Counted from the first letter of the stretch, positions 10,636-20,678 are shown. The stretch: DNA of 64,000 nt from an uncultured Gemmatimonadales bacterium (GCA_963798845.1 CAWCUS010000001.1:256001-320000), one strand, 5' to 3'. Program-made: numbers and translations. The notes: generated by a model not told the origin, from the letters alone.

Positions 10636-12468
10636 TCATTCGACGGTGACCGACTTCGCCAGGTTTCGCGGCTGGTCCACGTGGCAGCCTCGCATGACGG
10701 CCACGTGGTACGCCAGGAGCTGGAGCGGGACCGTGGCGAGCACCGGCGTCAGCATGTCAATGGTGCCCGGAATCGTGATCAGGTGGTCGACCTTGTCTCG
10801 CAGCTCGGTGTCCCCGTCGCTGACCACGGCGATGACGCGCCCGCCCCGGGTCTTCACCTCTTCGATGTTCGACACCACCTTGCCGTAAACCGCGTCGTGG
10901 GGCGCCACCACCACGACCGGCATCTCGTCGGTGATGAGGGCGATGGGCCCGTGCTTCATCTCCGCGGCGGGCAGCCCCTCCGCGTGGATATAGCTGATCT
11001 CCTTCAGCTTCAGCGCCCCCTCCAGCGCCGTCGGGAAGTTGTAGCCGCGCCCCAGGTACAGGAAATTGCCCGCGTCCTTGTACGTGCGCGCCAGCGCCCG
11101 GATGCTGTCGTTGAGCTCCAGCACCTGGCGCACCTGGCCGGGGAGCGCCTTCATCGCGTTCACGATGTCCCGGCCCTGGACCACCGACATGCCCCGTCGG
11201 CGCGCCATGAGCAGCGTGAACAGCGCCAGCACCGCCACCTGGCTCGTGAACGCCTTCGTGGACGCCACGCCGATCTCCGGGCCCGCGTGGATGTAGACGC
11301 CGCCATCGGTCTCGCGCGCGATGGTGGAGCCCACCACGTTGACGATCCCCATGGCCAGCGCACCCTGCCGCTTCGCTTCCCGGACCGCGGCGAGCGTGTC
11401 CGCCGTCTCCCCGGACTGGCTGATGGTGATGACGGTCGTATTCGGCCGGATCACAGGGTTCCGGTAGCGGAACTCCGAGGCGTACTCCACCTCCACCGGG
11501 ATGCGGGCGAACTCCTCGATCATGTACTCGCCGATCAGCCCGGCGTGCCAGGAGGTGCCCGAGGCGATGATGACGATCTGCTCGGTCCCCGAGAGCCGCT
11601 CGAGCATGTGCTCCAGGCCACCCAGCTTTGCCGTCCCCTCCTCTTCCAGCAGCCGGCCGCGCATGGCGTTCTCGAGCGTTTCCGGCTGCTCGAAGATCTC
11701 CTTCATCATGAAGTGGTCGAACCCGCTCTTCTCGATGGCGTCCAGGTCCCAGTCGACCCGCGTCACCTCCTTCGCGAGCTCGCGCCCCTTCAGCGTCGAG
11801 ATCTGGTAGCCGTCGCGCGTGAGGACGGCCATTTCGCCGTCCTCCAGATAGACGAAGTTGCGGGTGTGCGCGAGCACGGCCGCCACATCGCTGGCCAGGA
11901 AGTATTCGTGGTTCTCACCCACGCCCACCAGCAGCGGGCTCCCCTTCCTCGCCCCGACGATCTTGTCCGGCTCCCGCGCACTTATGATGGCCAGGCCGTA
12001 TGTCCCCTCGACCTGGGCCAGCGCGGCCCGGACCGCCTGTTCGAGCGAGCCGTCGTACGCTTCCTCGATCAGGTGCGCCACGACCTCCGTGTCCGTCTCG
12101 GTCTGGAACGTGTGGCCGAGGCTGATCAGCTTCTTCTTCAGGGTGCCGGCGTTCTCGATGATCCCGTTGTGGACCAGCGCGATCTCGCCTTTGCAGTCCA
12201 CGTGGGGATGGGCGTTCGGCTCCGTCGGCGCGCCGTGCGTCGCCCACCGCGTGTGCGCGATCCCGCACGACGAATCCGGCAGCCCGTCGCCGTTCAGCCG
12301 GTTCTCCAGCTCCGTTATCCTTCCCACGGCCTTGCGCGTGTCCAGCCCTGCCCCGTTCGTCACCGTGATGCCGGCCGAGTCGTACCCCCTGTATTCCAGA
12401 CGACGCAGCCCCTCGATCAGGAGTGGCGTGGCCGTCCGTCCACCGATATAGCCTACAATGCCGCACAT
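10636..12468 (-). CDS. glmS: Glutamine--fructose-6-phosphate aminotransferase
   Basis: MCGIVG N-terminus, HTRWATHG, C-terminal PRNLAKSVTVE. Confidence 0.99.
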   Translation of the reverse strand: MCGIVGYIGGRTATPLLIEGLRRLEYRGYDSAGITVTNGAGLDTRKAVGRITELENRLNGDGLPDSSCGIAHTRWATHGAPTEPNAHPHVDCKGEIALVHNGIIENAGTLKKKLISLGHTFQTETDTEVVAHLIEEAYDGSLEQAVRAALAQVEGTYGLAIISAREPDKIVGARKGSPLLVGVGENHEYFLASDVAAVLAHTRNFVYLEDGEMAVLTRDGYQISTLKGRELAKEVTRVDWDLDAIEKSGFDHFMMKEIFEQPETLENAMRGRLLEEEGTAKLGGLEHMLERLSGTEQIVIIASGTSWHAGLIGEYMIEEFARIPVEVEYASEFRYRNPVIRPNTTVITISQSGETADTLAAVREAKRQGALAMGIVNVVGSTIARETDGGVYIHAGPEIGVASTKAFTSQVAVLALFTLLMARRRGMSVVQGRDIVNAMKALPGQVRQVLELNDSIRALARTYKDAGNFLYLGRGYNFPTALEGALKLKEISYIHAEGLPAAEMKHGPIALITDEMPVVVVAPHDAVYGKVVSNIEEVKTRGGRVIAVVSDGDTELRDKVDHLITIPGTIDMLTPVLATVPLQLLAYHVAVMRGCHVDQPRNLAKSVTVE

Positions 12469-12472
12469 TCGC

Positions 12473-13870
12473 TCAGCCGTTCGTTGAGATTCCCTGGAGT
12501 GCGGCCCTCGCGGCTCGCACCAGCCCCTTCGCCTCTTCCCTGTTCGGCGCCTCGGCGATCATGCGCACGATCGGCTCCGTCCCGCTCGGCCGGAAGTGGA
12601 GCCAGCGCCGAAGCTCCGGCCAGCCGAGCCACAGCCCGTCCTGACGGTCCGCCACGGGCGCATGGAGCTCGGCCGCCAGGCGGTCGTACGCTGGCTCCAG
12701 CGCTCCCTCCGGACGGCGCACGCTGTCCTTCACGATGCTGTACGCCGGCCACGCGGCCACGATCTCGCTGACCGGCCGCCCCTCCTCGAGCAGGAGCTGG
12801 AGGACCAGCGCAGCCGCTACCTGGGCGTCCCGGGTCAGGTGAACCGCCGGGAAGATGACCCCTCCGTTCCCTTCGCCCCCGATCGTCGCGCCTTCCCTCT
12901 GCATCCGCCGGGCCACGTTGATCTCGCCCACCGGGGCGCGGTGGAACGGAACACCGGCGTCCGCGGCCGCGTCCTCTACCACACGACTGGTCGAGAGGTT
13001 CGTCACCACGGGGCCCGGGCGGTGGCGCAGCGCCAGCCGCGTCGCCAGCGCGAGCGTGTAGTCCTCCCCGATGGCCGCACCCGTCTCGTCCACCAGCGAC
13101 AGCCGGTCCGCGTCGGGATCCGTGGCGAGCCCTATGTCCGCCCCGGTCTCCCGCACCAGCGCCTCCAGCTCGCCCAGGTGCTCTGCCGTGGGCTCTGGCT
13201 TCCGCTCGAACCGGCCGTCCGGCTCCAGGTTGATCCCGTGGACCTCGCAGCCGAGCGATTCGAGAAGGCGAGGCAGCGTGATGGAGCCCGCGCCGCGGAT
13301 GCAGTCCAGCGCGACCCGGAACCGCCGCCGGCGGAGCGCTTTCAGGTCCAGGAACGGCAGGTCGAGGATCGCCGACACGTGCCGCTCCGCCGCCCCTTCG
13401 TCCTCCGTGACGAAGCCGATCCCGTCCCATGCCTTCCACGGCGGCTCGCGCTCCAGCTGCGACCGCATCGCCGCGGACTCTTCCGTGTCCAGGAACATGC
13501 CCGCCGACAATGCCAGCTTGAGCGCGTTCCACTCCACGGGGTTGTGGCTCGCCGTCACGATGATGCCGCCGTCCGCACCGTGGTGCCGGACGGCCATCAG
13601 CGCCGTCGGGGTCGGCACGAGCCCGACGTGGACCACCTCGCAGCCGATCCCCTCCAGCGCCGCGCTCACCGCCCGCACCAGCAGCGGTCCGGATGTCCGC
13701 GAGTCGCGGGCGACGACCACCCGTGGCCGCCCCTCCGCCCGCTCCTCCAGGTACGCGCCGAACGCCGCCGCGAACGCCGCCGCCACCCGCGGCGTGAGCC
13801 CCTCCCCCACGCGCCCGCGAACCCCGGAGACGCTCACCATGAGGGTGTTCGGGATCTGGAAAGCGTGCAT
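12473..13870 (-). CDS. glmM: Phosphoglucosamine mutase / phosphohexomutase
   Basis: TASHNP, DPDADR, GEGNGG and RPSGTEP motifs; adjacent to glmS. Confidence 0.85.
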   Translation of the reverse strand: MHAFQIPNTLMVSVSGVRGRVGEGLTPRVAAAFAAAFGAYLEERAEGRPRVVVARDSRTSGPLLVRAVSAALEGIGCEVVHVGLVPTPTALMAVRHHGADGGIIVTASHNPVEWNALKLALSAGMFLDTEESAAMRSQLEREPPWKAWDGIGFVTEDEGAAERHVSAILDLPFLDLKALRRRRFRVALDCIRGAGSITLPRLLESLGCEVHGINLEPDGRFERKPEPTAEHLGELEALVRETGADIGLATDPDADRLSLVDETGAAIGEDYTLALATRLALRHRPGPVVTNLSTSRVVEDAAADAGVPFHRAPVGEINVARRMQREGATIGGEGNGGVIFPAVHLTRDAQVAAALVLQLLLEEGRPVSEIVAAWPAYSIVKDSVRRPEGALEPAYDRLAAELHAPVADRQDGLWLGWPELRRWLHFRPSGTEPIVRMIAEAPNREEAKGLVRAARAALQGISTNG

Positions 13871-13929
13871 CGTCTCCCTTGTGCGAAAAGAGCCGCCGCC
13901 CGGAAGGCGCCGGCCCGCGAAGATAGGCA

Positions 13930-13959
13930 AAGCTAGGCGCAAGCGCGCACGTGAGTCAA
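13930..13959 (-). promoter_or_regulatory. Sigma70-type promoter of the glmM operon
   Basis: TTGACT-18bp-TAGCTT on the minus strand. Confidence 0.5.
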
Positions 13960-13986
13960 TTCGGTACCGGCGCGGGCCGCAACGCG

Positions 13987-14790
13987 TCAGCCGGGGAGGA
14001 ACCGGGCGAGGAGTTTCACGACGGCATCCGGGTTGTCCGCGTTCAGCCAGTGCCCACCCTGCACCGCGTGGAGAAAGACCCGTCCGGTGGCCTGGCCGGC
14101 CGACCCGATGCGCGCCACGGCCTCCGCGCCGAGTACTGGCGAGCCAGTGGCACGGACGAAGTGGAGGGTCAGTCCGTCGCGCGGTGACTCGACCACCTCC
14201 CAGAGGTCCTGGCGGAAGAAGTCGCGCAGCAGCGCCTCCATCCGGTCGAAGTCGAGCCGCCACCGGTACTCGCCGCCGCGCCACTCCAGGTTCGTGCTCA
14301 TCCACAGCGCCACGGGCTCGGCCACGCCCTGCGCGGTGAGCGCCGCCACGGCCGCATCGCGGTCGTCGAAGCTCGCCGGCAGGCGACGCAGCCGATCCAG
14401 CATCTCCCACGCCGCCCCTTCCGGAACCCTCGCCTCGGGCGTCGAGTCGATCACCCACACCTGCTCGATCGCGCGGTCATCGCGACCGCGAACCAGTGCG
14501 ACCTTGCCGCCGAAAGAGTGGCCCAGGATCGCGGCTGCCCGTCCCGCCGGCTCCAGCGCATCCAGGTCCGACGCCGCGGCCTCCAGCGTGTCCGGCGGCG
14601 GGAATCCGGTCGACTCCCCGTGCTCCCGCAGATCCACCAGCAACGCCCCCCACTCCGGCCGGCGTTCCACCACCGCGCGCGCCACCGACGCCCAGTTCCG
14701 CCCCGCGCCGTAGATGCCATGGAGCATCAGCAGCCAGCGGTCTGGCGCCGCCCCCGTCGCCTTCACCGCCCTCGTATTCAGATCCGGCAT
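13987..14790 (-). CDS. Alpha/beta hydrolase (YbfF/ABHD11-like esterase)
   Basis: LHGIYG, DLREHG, GHSFGGK nucleophile elbow and GHWLNADNP. Confidence 0.85.
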   Translation of the reverse strand: MPDLNTRAVKATGAAPDRWLLMLHGIYGAGRNWASVARAVVERRPEWGALLVDLREHGESTGFPPPDTLEAAASDLDALEPAGRAAAILGHSFGGKVALVRGRDDRAIEQVWVIDSTPEARVPEGAAWEMLDRLRRLPASFDDRDAAVAALTAQGVAEPVALWMSTNLEWRGGEYRWRLDFDRMEALLRDFFRQDLWEVVESPRDGLTLHFVRATGSPVLGAEAVARIGSAGQATGRVFLHAVQGGHWLNADNPDAVVKLLARFLPG

Positions 14791-14883
14791 TCCCGTGCCT
14801 CACCCTTTCGCGCGCTGGCCCGCCCGGGAGCACGGGCGTATCTTCCCGTGCCTCGCATCCACCCTGTTCCGACGCGGAATTCC

Positions 14884-16044
14884 ATGACAGGTAAGCAGCC
14901 TGGCTTCGCCACGCGCGCCATCCATGCCGGCCAGTCGCCGGACCCCACCACCGGCGCCATCATGCCGCCGATTTACCAGACGTCCACGTACGTGCAGCCG
15001 GCACTCGGCCAGCCCAGGGACGGATACGAGTACGCCCGCGTCAGCAACCCCACACGCGACGCGCTCCAGGCCAATGTGGCGGCGCTCGAAGGGGCACGCC
15101 ACGGCGCCTCGTTCGCCAGCGGCCTGGCGGCCATCGAGGCGGTGGTCAAGAAGCTCTCCGCGGGCGACCACGTGGTCAGCGAAGAGAACACGTACGGCGG
15201 CACCACGCGCATGTTCGACACGGTGCTCGCACGGCTGGGCATCGAGTTCACCTACGTCGACTCGCGCGACCCCGACGCCATCCGCTCGGCGATCCGCCCG
15301 AATACGAAGCTGATCCACCTGGAGACGCCGACGAACCCCATGATGCGCCTCACCGACCTGGAGGCGGCGGCAGTGATCGGGCGCGACGCGGGTGTGACGA
15401 CGTGCGTGGACAACACCTTCGCCACCCCCTACAACCAGCGGCCCCTGGAGCTCGGGATCGATCTCGTGGTGCACTCCACCACCAAGTACCTGAACGGGCA
15501 CAGCGACGTCATTGGCGGTATCGTCCTCACCAGCGATGAGGAGTGGGCGGAGCATCTCTATTACCTCCAGAAGGCCGCGGGCGCCGTGCCTGGCCCCATG
15601 GATGCGTGGCTTACGCTCCGCGGCACGAAGACGCTCGCCGTGCGAATGGAAGCCCACAACCGCAACGGCATGGCCATGGCCGAGTTCCTGGCCGGGCACC
15701 CGAAGGTGGAGCGGGTCAACTATCCCGGACTCCCGTCGCACCCGCAGCACGGGCTGGCGAAGCGGCAGATGACGGGTTTCACCGGCATGCTCAGCGTGGA
15801 GCTCGGCTCCATGGAGCGGGCCCGGTCCGTGGTCCAGGCCACGAAGATCTTCGCCCTGGCCGAGAGCCTCGGCGGCGTCGAGAGCCTGATCGGGCACCCG
15901 GCCATGCAGACCCACGCCGCGGTCGATCCCGAGCGGCGACGCGCCATCGGAATCAGCGATGGTCTCGTCCGCCTGTCCGTCGGCATCGAGGATATCGACG
16001 ACCTGAGGGACGACATCGCCCAGGCTCTCGACGCCGCGGCCTGA
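14884..16044 (+). CDS. Cystathionine gamma-synthase/lyase family PLP enzyme
   Basis: YARVSNPT, ETPTNP, DNTFATP, HSTTKYLNGHSD and SLGGVESL motifs. Confidence 0.92.
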   Translation: MTGKQPGFATRAIHAGQSPDPTTGAIMPPIYQTSTYVQPALGQPRDGYEYARVSNPTRDALQANVAALEGARHGASFASGLAAIEAVVKKLSAGDHVVSEENTYGGTTRMFDTVLARLGIEFTYVDSRDPDAIRSAIRPNTKLIHLETPTNPMMRLTDLEAAAVIGRDAGVTTCVDNTFATPYNQRPLELGIDLVVHSTTKYLNGHSDVIGGIVLTSDEEWAEHLYYLQKAAGAVPGPMDAWLTLRGTKTLAVRMEAHNRNGMAMAEFLAGHPKVERVNYPGLPSHPQHGLAKRQMTGFTGMLSVELGSMERARSVVQATKIFALAESLGGVESLIGHPAMQTHAAVDPERRRAIGISDGLVRLSVGIEDIDDLRDDIAQALDAAA

Positions 16045-16065
16045 CCGCGAGCGCGGCCCGCCGCG

Positions 16066-16092
16066 GGAAACCTCCGGGTCCGCGAGCGCGTA
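16066..16092 (+). promoter_or_regulatory. Candidate ECF sigma promoter for the M48 peptidase gene
   Basis: GGAAAC-17bp-CGTA, same pattern as at 23927 and 24581. Confidence 0.6.
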
Positions 16093-16158
16093 AGGAATAC
16101 TGTCCGGCCGGGGGCCTGCCCCGCCGTGCACGCCATCATAGTGGAGGGAGCCACACCG

Positions 16159-17154
16159 GTGACAGACCACGACATCGTCCCCCAGCCGCGCGTCATCCTG
16201 ACCGAGATCGGGGCAGAAAGCTGGGAGCACCCGGCCGATCGCGCGGCGCTCGCCGCGCTCCGGCGCATTCCCGCCTTCGACGAGGTGCTGCGCAAGCTGT
16301 TCGGCTTCTTCGGCGAGAAGCCCGTGCGCCTCGCTTTCCAGGCCAACGCGGTCAGAGTCGGGCCCAGACAGTTCCCGGAAGTGCATGCCAAGTACCTGCG
16401 CGTGCTCGAGACCATGGACGCGCCGGAGGAATACCCGCTCTTCATCTCCCAGACGCCGGTCGTGAACGCCGGCGCGTACGGGATGAACAAGCCGTTCATC
16501 GTCCTGAACAGCGGCAGCATCCGCCTGCTCGAGGGCGACGAGCAGGTGTTTCTCCTCGGCCACGAGCTCGGCCACATCCTCAGCGGCCACGTGCTCTACC
16601 GGACGATGATGGTGATCCTCCTCCAACTCGCGAACCTCGGCTTCCCCATCGTGGGAATCGCCGCCCGTGCCGTGCTCCTGGGGCTGCTCGAATGGAGCCG
16701 CAAGAGCGAGCTCAGCTCCGACCGCGCCGGCCTCCTCACCGTCCAGGACCCCACCGCCGCCCTTCAGACCTCCCTCAAGCTGGCCGGCGGCGGCTCCCGC
16801 GAGGAGACCGACCTGAACGAGTTCCTCAAGCAGGCCGACGAGTACCGCGAGTCCGGCGACGTGGGCGATTCCGTGTTCAAGGTCCTCAACCTCCTCGGCA
16901 CCACCCACCCGTTCCACACCCTCCGCGCCGCGGAGCTTCGCGACTGGATCGAGGCCGGCGAGTACGAGCGGATCCTGCGCGGCGAGTACCGCAGGCGCGG
17001 TGAGCCCCGCGCGTCCTACATGGACGACCTCCGGGCCGCCTCGAAGTCCTACCAGGAGGAGGCGCGCGCCATCTTCGACGACGTCGCCACAGGCGCCCGC
17101 GACGCCGCCGAGAAGGTGCGCCAGGCCGTGAGCGAAGCCTTCCGCAAGCGCTGA
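16159..17154 (+). CDS. M48 family (HtpX/Ste24-like) zinc metallopeptidase
   Basis: HELGH, ELSSDRAG and THP motifs; GTG start with GGAGGGAG upstream. Confidence 0.88.
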   Translation: MTDHDIVPQPRVILTEIGAESWEHPADRAALAALRRIPAFDEVLRKLFGFFGEKPVRLAFQANAVRVGPRQFPEVHAKYLRVLETMDAPEEYPLFISQTPVVNAGAYGMNKPFIVLNSGSIRLLEGDEQVFLLGHELGHILSGHVLYRTMMVILLQLANLGFPIVGIAARAVLLGLLEWSRKSELSSDRAGLLTVQDPTAALQTSLKLAGGGSREETDLNEFLKQADEYRESGDVGDSVFKVLNLLGTTHPFHTLRAAELRDWIEAGEYERILRGEYRRRGEPRASYMDDLRAASKSYQEEARAIFDDVATGARDAAEKVRQAVSEAFRKR

Positions 17155-17260
17155 TCTCGCAGGTTGCAGGCGAGCGCCGCGCCCGGTACCCTACCGTCGA
17201 ATCCCCGCGCAGCGGGGGCCGGTCGCGCGCAGCGGCGTCGAACCTCCAAACCGGACGCTC

Positions 17261-18550
17261 ATGAAGATCCTCGTCGTCGGCAGCGGCGGCCGCGAGCACG
17301 CGCTGCTCTGGAAGCTGCATCGCGACGCCCCATCCGCGGACTTCTTCATCACGCGCGGCAACGGGGGCACGCACGCGCTCGCCAAGCACGTCTCCCTGGA
17401 CGCCTCCGATGTCGCCGGCATCGCCGCATGGGCCGATACCGAGGACATGGACCTCGTCGTCATCGGCCCTGAAGCGCCGCTCGCCGCGGGCCTCGCCGAC
17501 GCCCTCCACCAGCGAGGCGTCCCGGTCTTCGGACCGGGCCGGGAGGCGGCGGCGATCGAGGCTTCCAAGGCTTTCGCAAAGGACGTCATGCGCGCCGCAC
17601 GCGTCCCCACCGCGGACTACGGCGTGTTCTCCGACCCCGCCGCCGCCGCCGCCTTCATCCGCACTCGTGGCGCGCCCATCGTCGTGAAGGCGTCCGGCCT
17701 CGCCGCCGGCAAGGGCGCCATCGTCTGCGACAGCACGGACGCCGCCCTCGCCGCCATGACCGGGATGCTGGAACGCGACGAATTCGGTGACGCCGGCCGG
17801 GAAGTGGTGGTGGAAGAGTGCATGACGGGCGAGGAGCTCAGCGTCTTCGCCCTGACTGATGGCCGCGACGTGCTCGTCATGACGCCATCGCAGGACCACA
17901 AGCGGGTGGCCGAAGGAGACGTGGGGCCCAACACCGGCGGGATGGGCGCCTACGCGCCCGTGTCGATCGCCAGCCACGAACTCGTGGACCGCCTGATCGA
18001 CGAGATCCTGCACCCGACGCTGCACGAGCTGCGGCGCAGGGGCCGCTCGTTCCGGGGCCTCCTCTACGCCGGGCTCATGCTCACCGGCGACGGGCCGAAG
18101 GTGGTGGAGTTCAACGCGCGCTTCGGCGACCCCGAGACCCAGGCCGTGCTCCCGCTCATGGACTCCCCTCTCCTCGAGATCCTCGAAGCGATCGCGCGTG
18201 GCAGCGGCGTGCGAGACCTCGCCATCCGCTGGAAGCCGGGGGCCGCCGTCACTACCGTCGTGGCCGCGGGCGGCTACCCGGGCGCCTACGAAAAGGGACT
18301 CGAGATCCGCATCCCGTCCAGCGTCGAGAGCGACGGCAGCGTCATGCTCTTCCACGCCGGGACGGCCCGCAAGGACGGGCGGCTCGTCACGGACGGCGGG
18401 CGTGTCCTGGCCGCCACCGCACTCGGCGACGACCTCAGGGACGCCGCCGAGCGCAGCCGCGCCGCTGCGTCGGAAATCGCGTTCGACGGCGCCCACTTCC
18501 GCCGCGACATCGGCTGGCGGGAGCTCGAGCGCGTGGCCGGGACCCCCTGA
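17261..18550 (+). CDS. purD: Phosphoribosylamine--glycine ligase
   Basis: GSGGREHAL, GLAAGKG, QDHKR, NTGGMGAY and EFNARFGDPE motifs. Confidence 0.98.
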   Translation: MKILVVGSGGREHALLWKLHRDAPSADFFITRGNGGTHALAKHVSLDASDVAGIAAWADTEDMDLVVIGPEAPLAAGLADALHQRGVPVFGPGREAAAIEASKAFAKDVMRAARVPTADYGVFSDPAAAAAFIRTRGAPIVVKASGLAAGKGAIVCDSTDAALAAMTGMLERDEFGDAGREVVVEECMTGEELSVFALTDGRDVLVMTPSQDHKRVAEGDVGPNTGGMGAYAPVSIASHELVDRLIDEILHPTLHELRRRGRSFRGLLYAGLMLTGDGPKVVEFNARFGDPETQAVLPLMDSPLLEILEAIARGSGVRDLAIRWKPGAAVTTVVAAGGYPGAYEKGLEIRIPSSVESDGSVMLFHAGTARKDGRLVTDGGRVLAATALGDDLRDAAERSRAAASEIAFDGAHFRRDIGWRELERVAGTP

Positions 18551-18569
18551 GCCGTCCCCGGACCCGCGC

Positions 18570-19388
18570 GTGCCGGAGCTCCCCGAAGCCGAGACCATCG
18601 CTCGCGATCTGGCTCCCCGCCTGGCGGGGGCGAGCATCCAGGACGTGTCCATCACGCACGCCGACGTCCTCGCCGGCGGCGCCGACACCTTCGGCCGGCG
18701 CGTGGCCGGCCGGACCGTCGCCGCCGTGGGCCGCCGCGGCAAGAACGTGGTGGTCGCCTTCGAGGACGGGGCGCGGCTCGTCGTCAACCTCGGGATGACG
18801 GGCCGTCTCGTTCTCAGCGATTCCCCCCGCGCGTCCGAGCTCCGTCACGTCGCCGTTCGCTTCCGCCTCGATGACGGACGCGATCTCCTCTTCGACGACA
18901 CCCGCCGCTTCGGTCTCCTCGAGCTCTTCGAAGCCGACGCCTGGGACCGGAGGAGCACCGAGCTCGGCCTCGAGCCACTCTCCCCCGACTTCACCGGCGA
19001 CGCCCTCTGGAGCATGACCCGCCGGTCCCGCACCCCCGTCCGCAATCTGCTCCTCGACCAGTATCGCGTGGCCGGGATCGGGAACATCTACGCCCTCGAA
19101 GCCCTCTTCCGCGCCGGCATCCGCCCAACCCGCCGCTCACACCGGATCACCCGCATTCAGGCCCATCGCCTCCGCGACGCGCTCGTCGACGTCCTCAGGA
19201 TGGCGATCCACCACCGCGGCACCACATTCTCCGACTACCGCGACGCCTCCGGGCAGGAGGGCGCCTTCGAACCCCTCCTCCAGGTCTACGGCCGCGAGGG
19301 CCATCCCTGCCCTCGCTGCGGAACCCCCATCAGGCGACGGATCCTCACCAACCGCAGCGCGTTCTACTGCCCCACCTGCCAGACCTGA
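18570..19388 (+). CDS. mutM: Formamidopyrimidine-DNA glycosylase
   Basis: N-terminal PELPE, RRGK, LGMTG, GIGNIY and a C-terminal C4 zinc finger. Confidence 0.96.
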   Translation: MPELPEAETIARDLAPRLAGASIQDVSITHADVLAGGADTFGRRVAGRTVAAVGRRGKNVVVAFEDGARLVVNLGMTGRLVLSDSPRASELRHVAVRFRLDDGRDLLFDDTRRFGLLELFEADAWDRRSTELGLEPLSPDFTGDALWSMTRRSRTPVRNLLLDQYRVAGIGNIYALEALFRAGIRPTRRSHRITRIQAHRLRDALVDVLRMAIHHRGTTFSDYRDASGQEGAFEPLLQVYGREGHPCPRCGTPIRRRILTNRSAFYCPTCQT

Positions 19389-19466
19389 CCCCCTCCTTTC
19401 CGGTCGCGCGGGTCGCGCACGGTCAACCGCCGCCGCGCTCCCGCGGCGGTTCTCCCGCTGCGGCCC

Positions 19467-19496
19467 TTGCCGAACAAATGCCGAACCTGACAGATT
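19467..19496 (+). promoter_or_regulatory. Promoter with candidate LexA operator GAAC-N7-GAAC (19472-19486)
   Basis: TTGCCG-18bp-CAGATT with CCGAACAAATGCCGAAC overlapping the -35 and spacer. Confidence 0.65.
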
Positions 19497-19503
19497 CCAT
19501 TCC

Positions 19504-20634
19504 ATGCACGCGTTCCTCGACCCGCGCCCCACCGATCCGCCGATCTTCCAGCACCGATCCTCACCTGCGTCGATCGATGGGGACGCACATGCCCGCCGGC
19601 AGCGATTGAGGGAACAGGTCCGGGCGGGCGCCGAGAACCGGCCTGGCGTGTACCGGATGCTCGGCCCGGGAGAGCGGGTGCTGTACGTGGGCAAGTCGAT
19701 CCGCGTGCGCGGCCGCCTGCTCTCCTACTTCCGGGCCGAGCCGGGGGAGAAGGCGTCGGAGATTCTCGGGCTCACCGAGCGCATCGAGTGGGACGACCAT
19801 CCGAGCGAGTTCGCCGCGCTGCTCCGCGAGTTCCGCCAGATCCGGCGCCTGCGGCCTCCTTTCAACGTGCAGCACAAGAAGGAGCGCGCGGTTTGCTTCA
19901 TCCGCATCCCGCGCGAGCCGGTTCCCCGCATCGTGGTGACCACGCGCCCGATGCCGGACGGATCGGAGTACCACGGCCCGCTTCTCGGCTCGGCGAGGGT
20001 GCGGGCCGCGATGCGCGTGCTGGTGGATACGCTCCAGCTCCGTGACTGTCCGGCCACCACGCCGCTCCGTCTGGCCGACCAGGCGGACCTGTTCGGCGCG
20101 GCCTACACCCCGCTCTGCGCCCGGGCCGAGTTCGGCCGGTGCCTGGCCCCGTGCGCCGCGGGCTGCACCGAGCGCGGATACGCGGGCCGGCTGGCCGTGG
20201 CGCGTCGCTTCCTCCGGGGGGAGACGGACGAACCCCTGGATCGGCTGCGCGCCATGCTCCGGCTCGCCGTCGAGCGGTGGCTGTTCGAGTACGCGGCCGT
20301 GGTGGCCGAGCGGCTCGAGCTGCTCCAGGCGGTCCGCGCATCGCTGCTCCGGACCGAGCGGGCGCTGGCCGCGCTCACGGCGCTGTATCTGGTGGCCGGA
20401 CACGCCGGCGACGACCGCGTGTACGTGCTTCAGCGCGGCCTCGTGCGCGCCGAGCTGGCCGTGCCCCCCGACGAGCGCGGCCGGACGGCCATGCGCCGCC
20501 GCGCCGACCGCCTGTTGTCGGCACCCGCGCAGTCCCCGGCGAAGCTGGCCCCGGACGGCGTGGCCGAGTCGCTCCTGGTGGAGCGGTGGTTCCGCCGCAA
20601 CCCTGCGGAGCGGGAGCGCCTGAGGGCGGGCTGA
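19504..20634 (+). CDS. UvrC-like (Cho-like) GIY-YIG endonuclease
   Basis: PGVYRM...LYVGKS..RLLSYF, PPFN, Cys cluster and UVR-like FEYAA segment; C-terminal half of UvrC absent. Confidence 0.82.
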   Translation: MHAFLDPRPTDPPIFQHRSSPASIDGDAHARRQRLREQVRAGAENRPGVYRMLGPGERVLYVGKSIRVRGRLLSYFRAEPGEKASEILGLTERIEWDDHPSEFAALLREFRQIRRLRPPFNVQHKKERAVCFIRIPREPVPRIVVTTRPMPDGSEYHGPLLGSARVRAAMRVLVDTLQLRDCPATTPLRLADQADLFGAAYTPLCARAEFGRCLAPCAAGCTERGYAGRLAVARRFLRGETDEPLDRLRAMLRLAVERWLFEYAAVVAERLELLQAVRASLLRTERALAALTALYLVAGHAGDDRVYVLQRGLVRAELAVPPDERGRTAMRRRADRLLSAPAQSPAKLAPDGVAESLLVERWFRRNPAERERLRAG

Positions 20635-20678
20635 ACCCGTCGCGGGCGGGTACGCCGCTTGCACCATTCCCGCGCACC

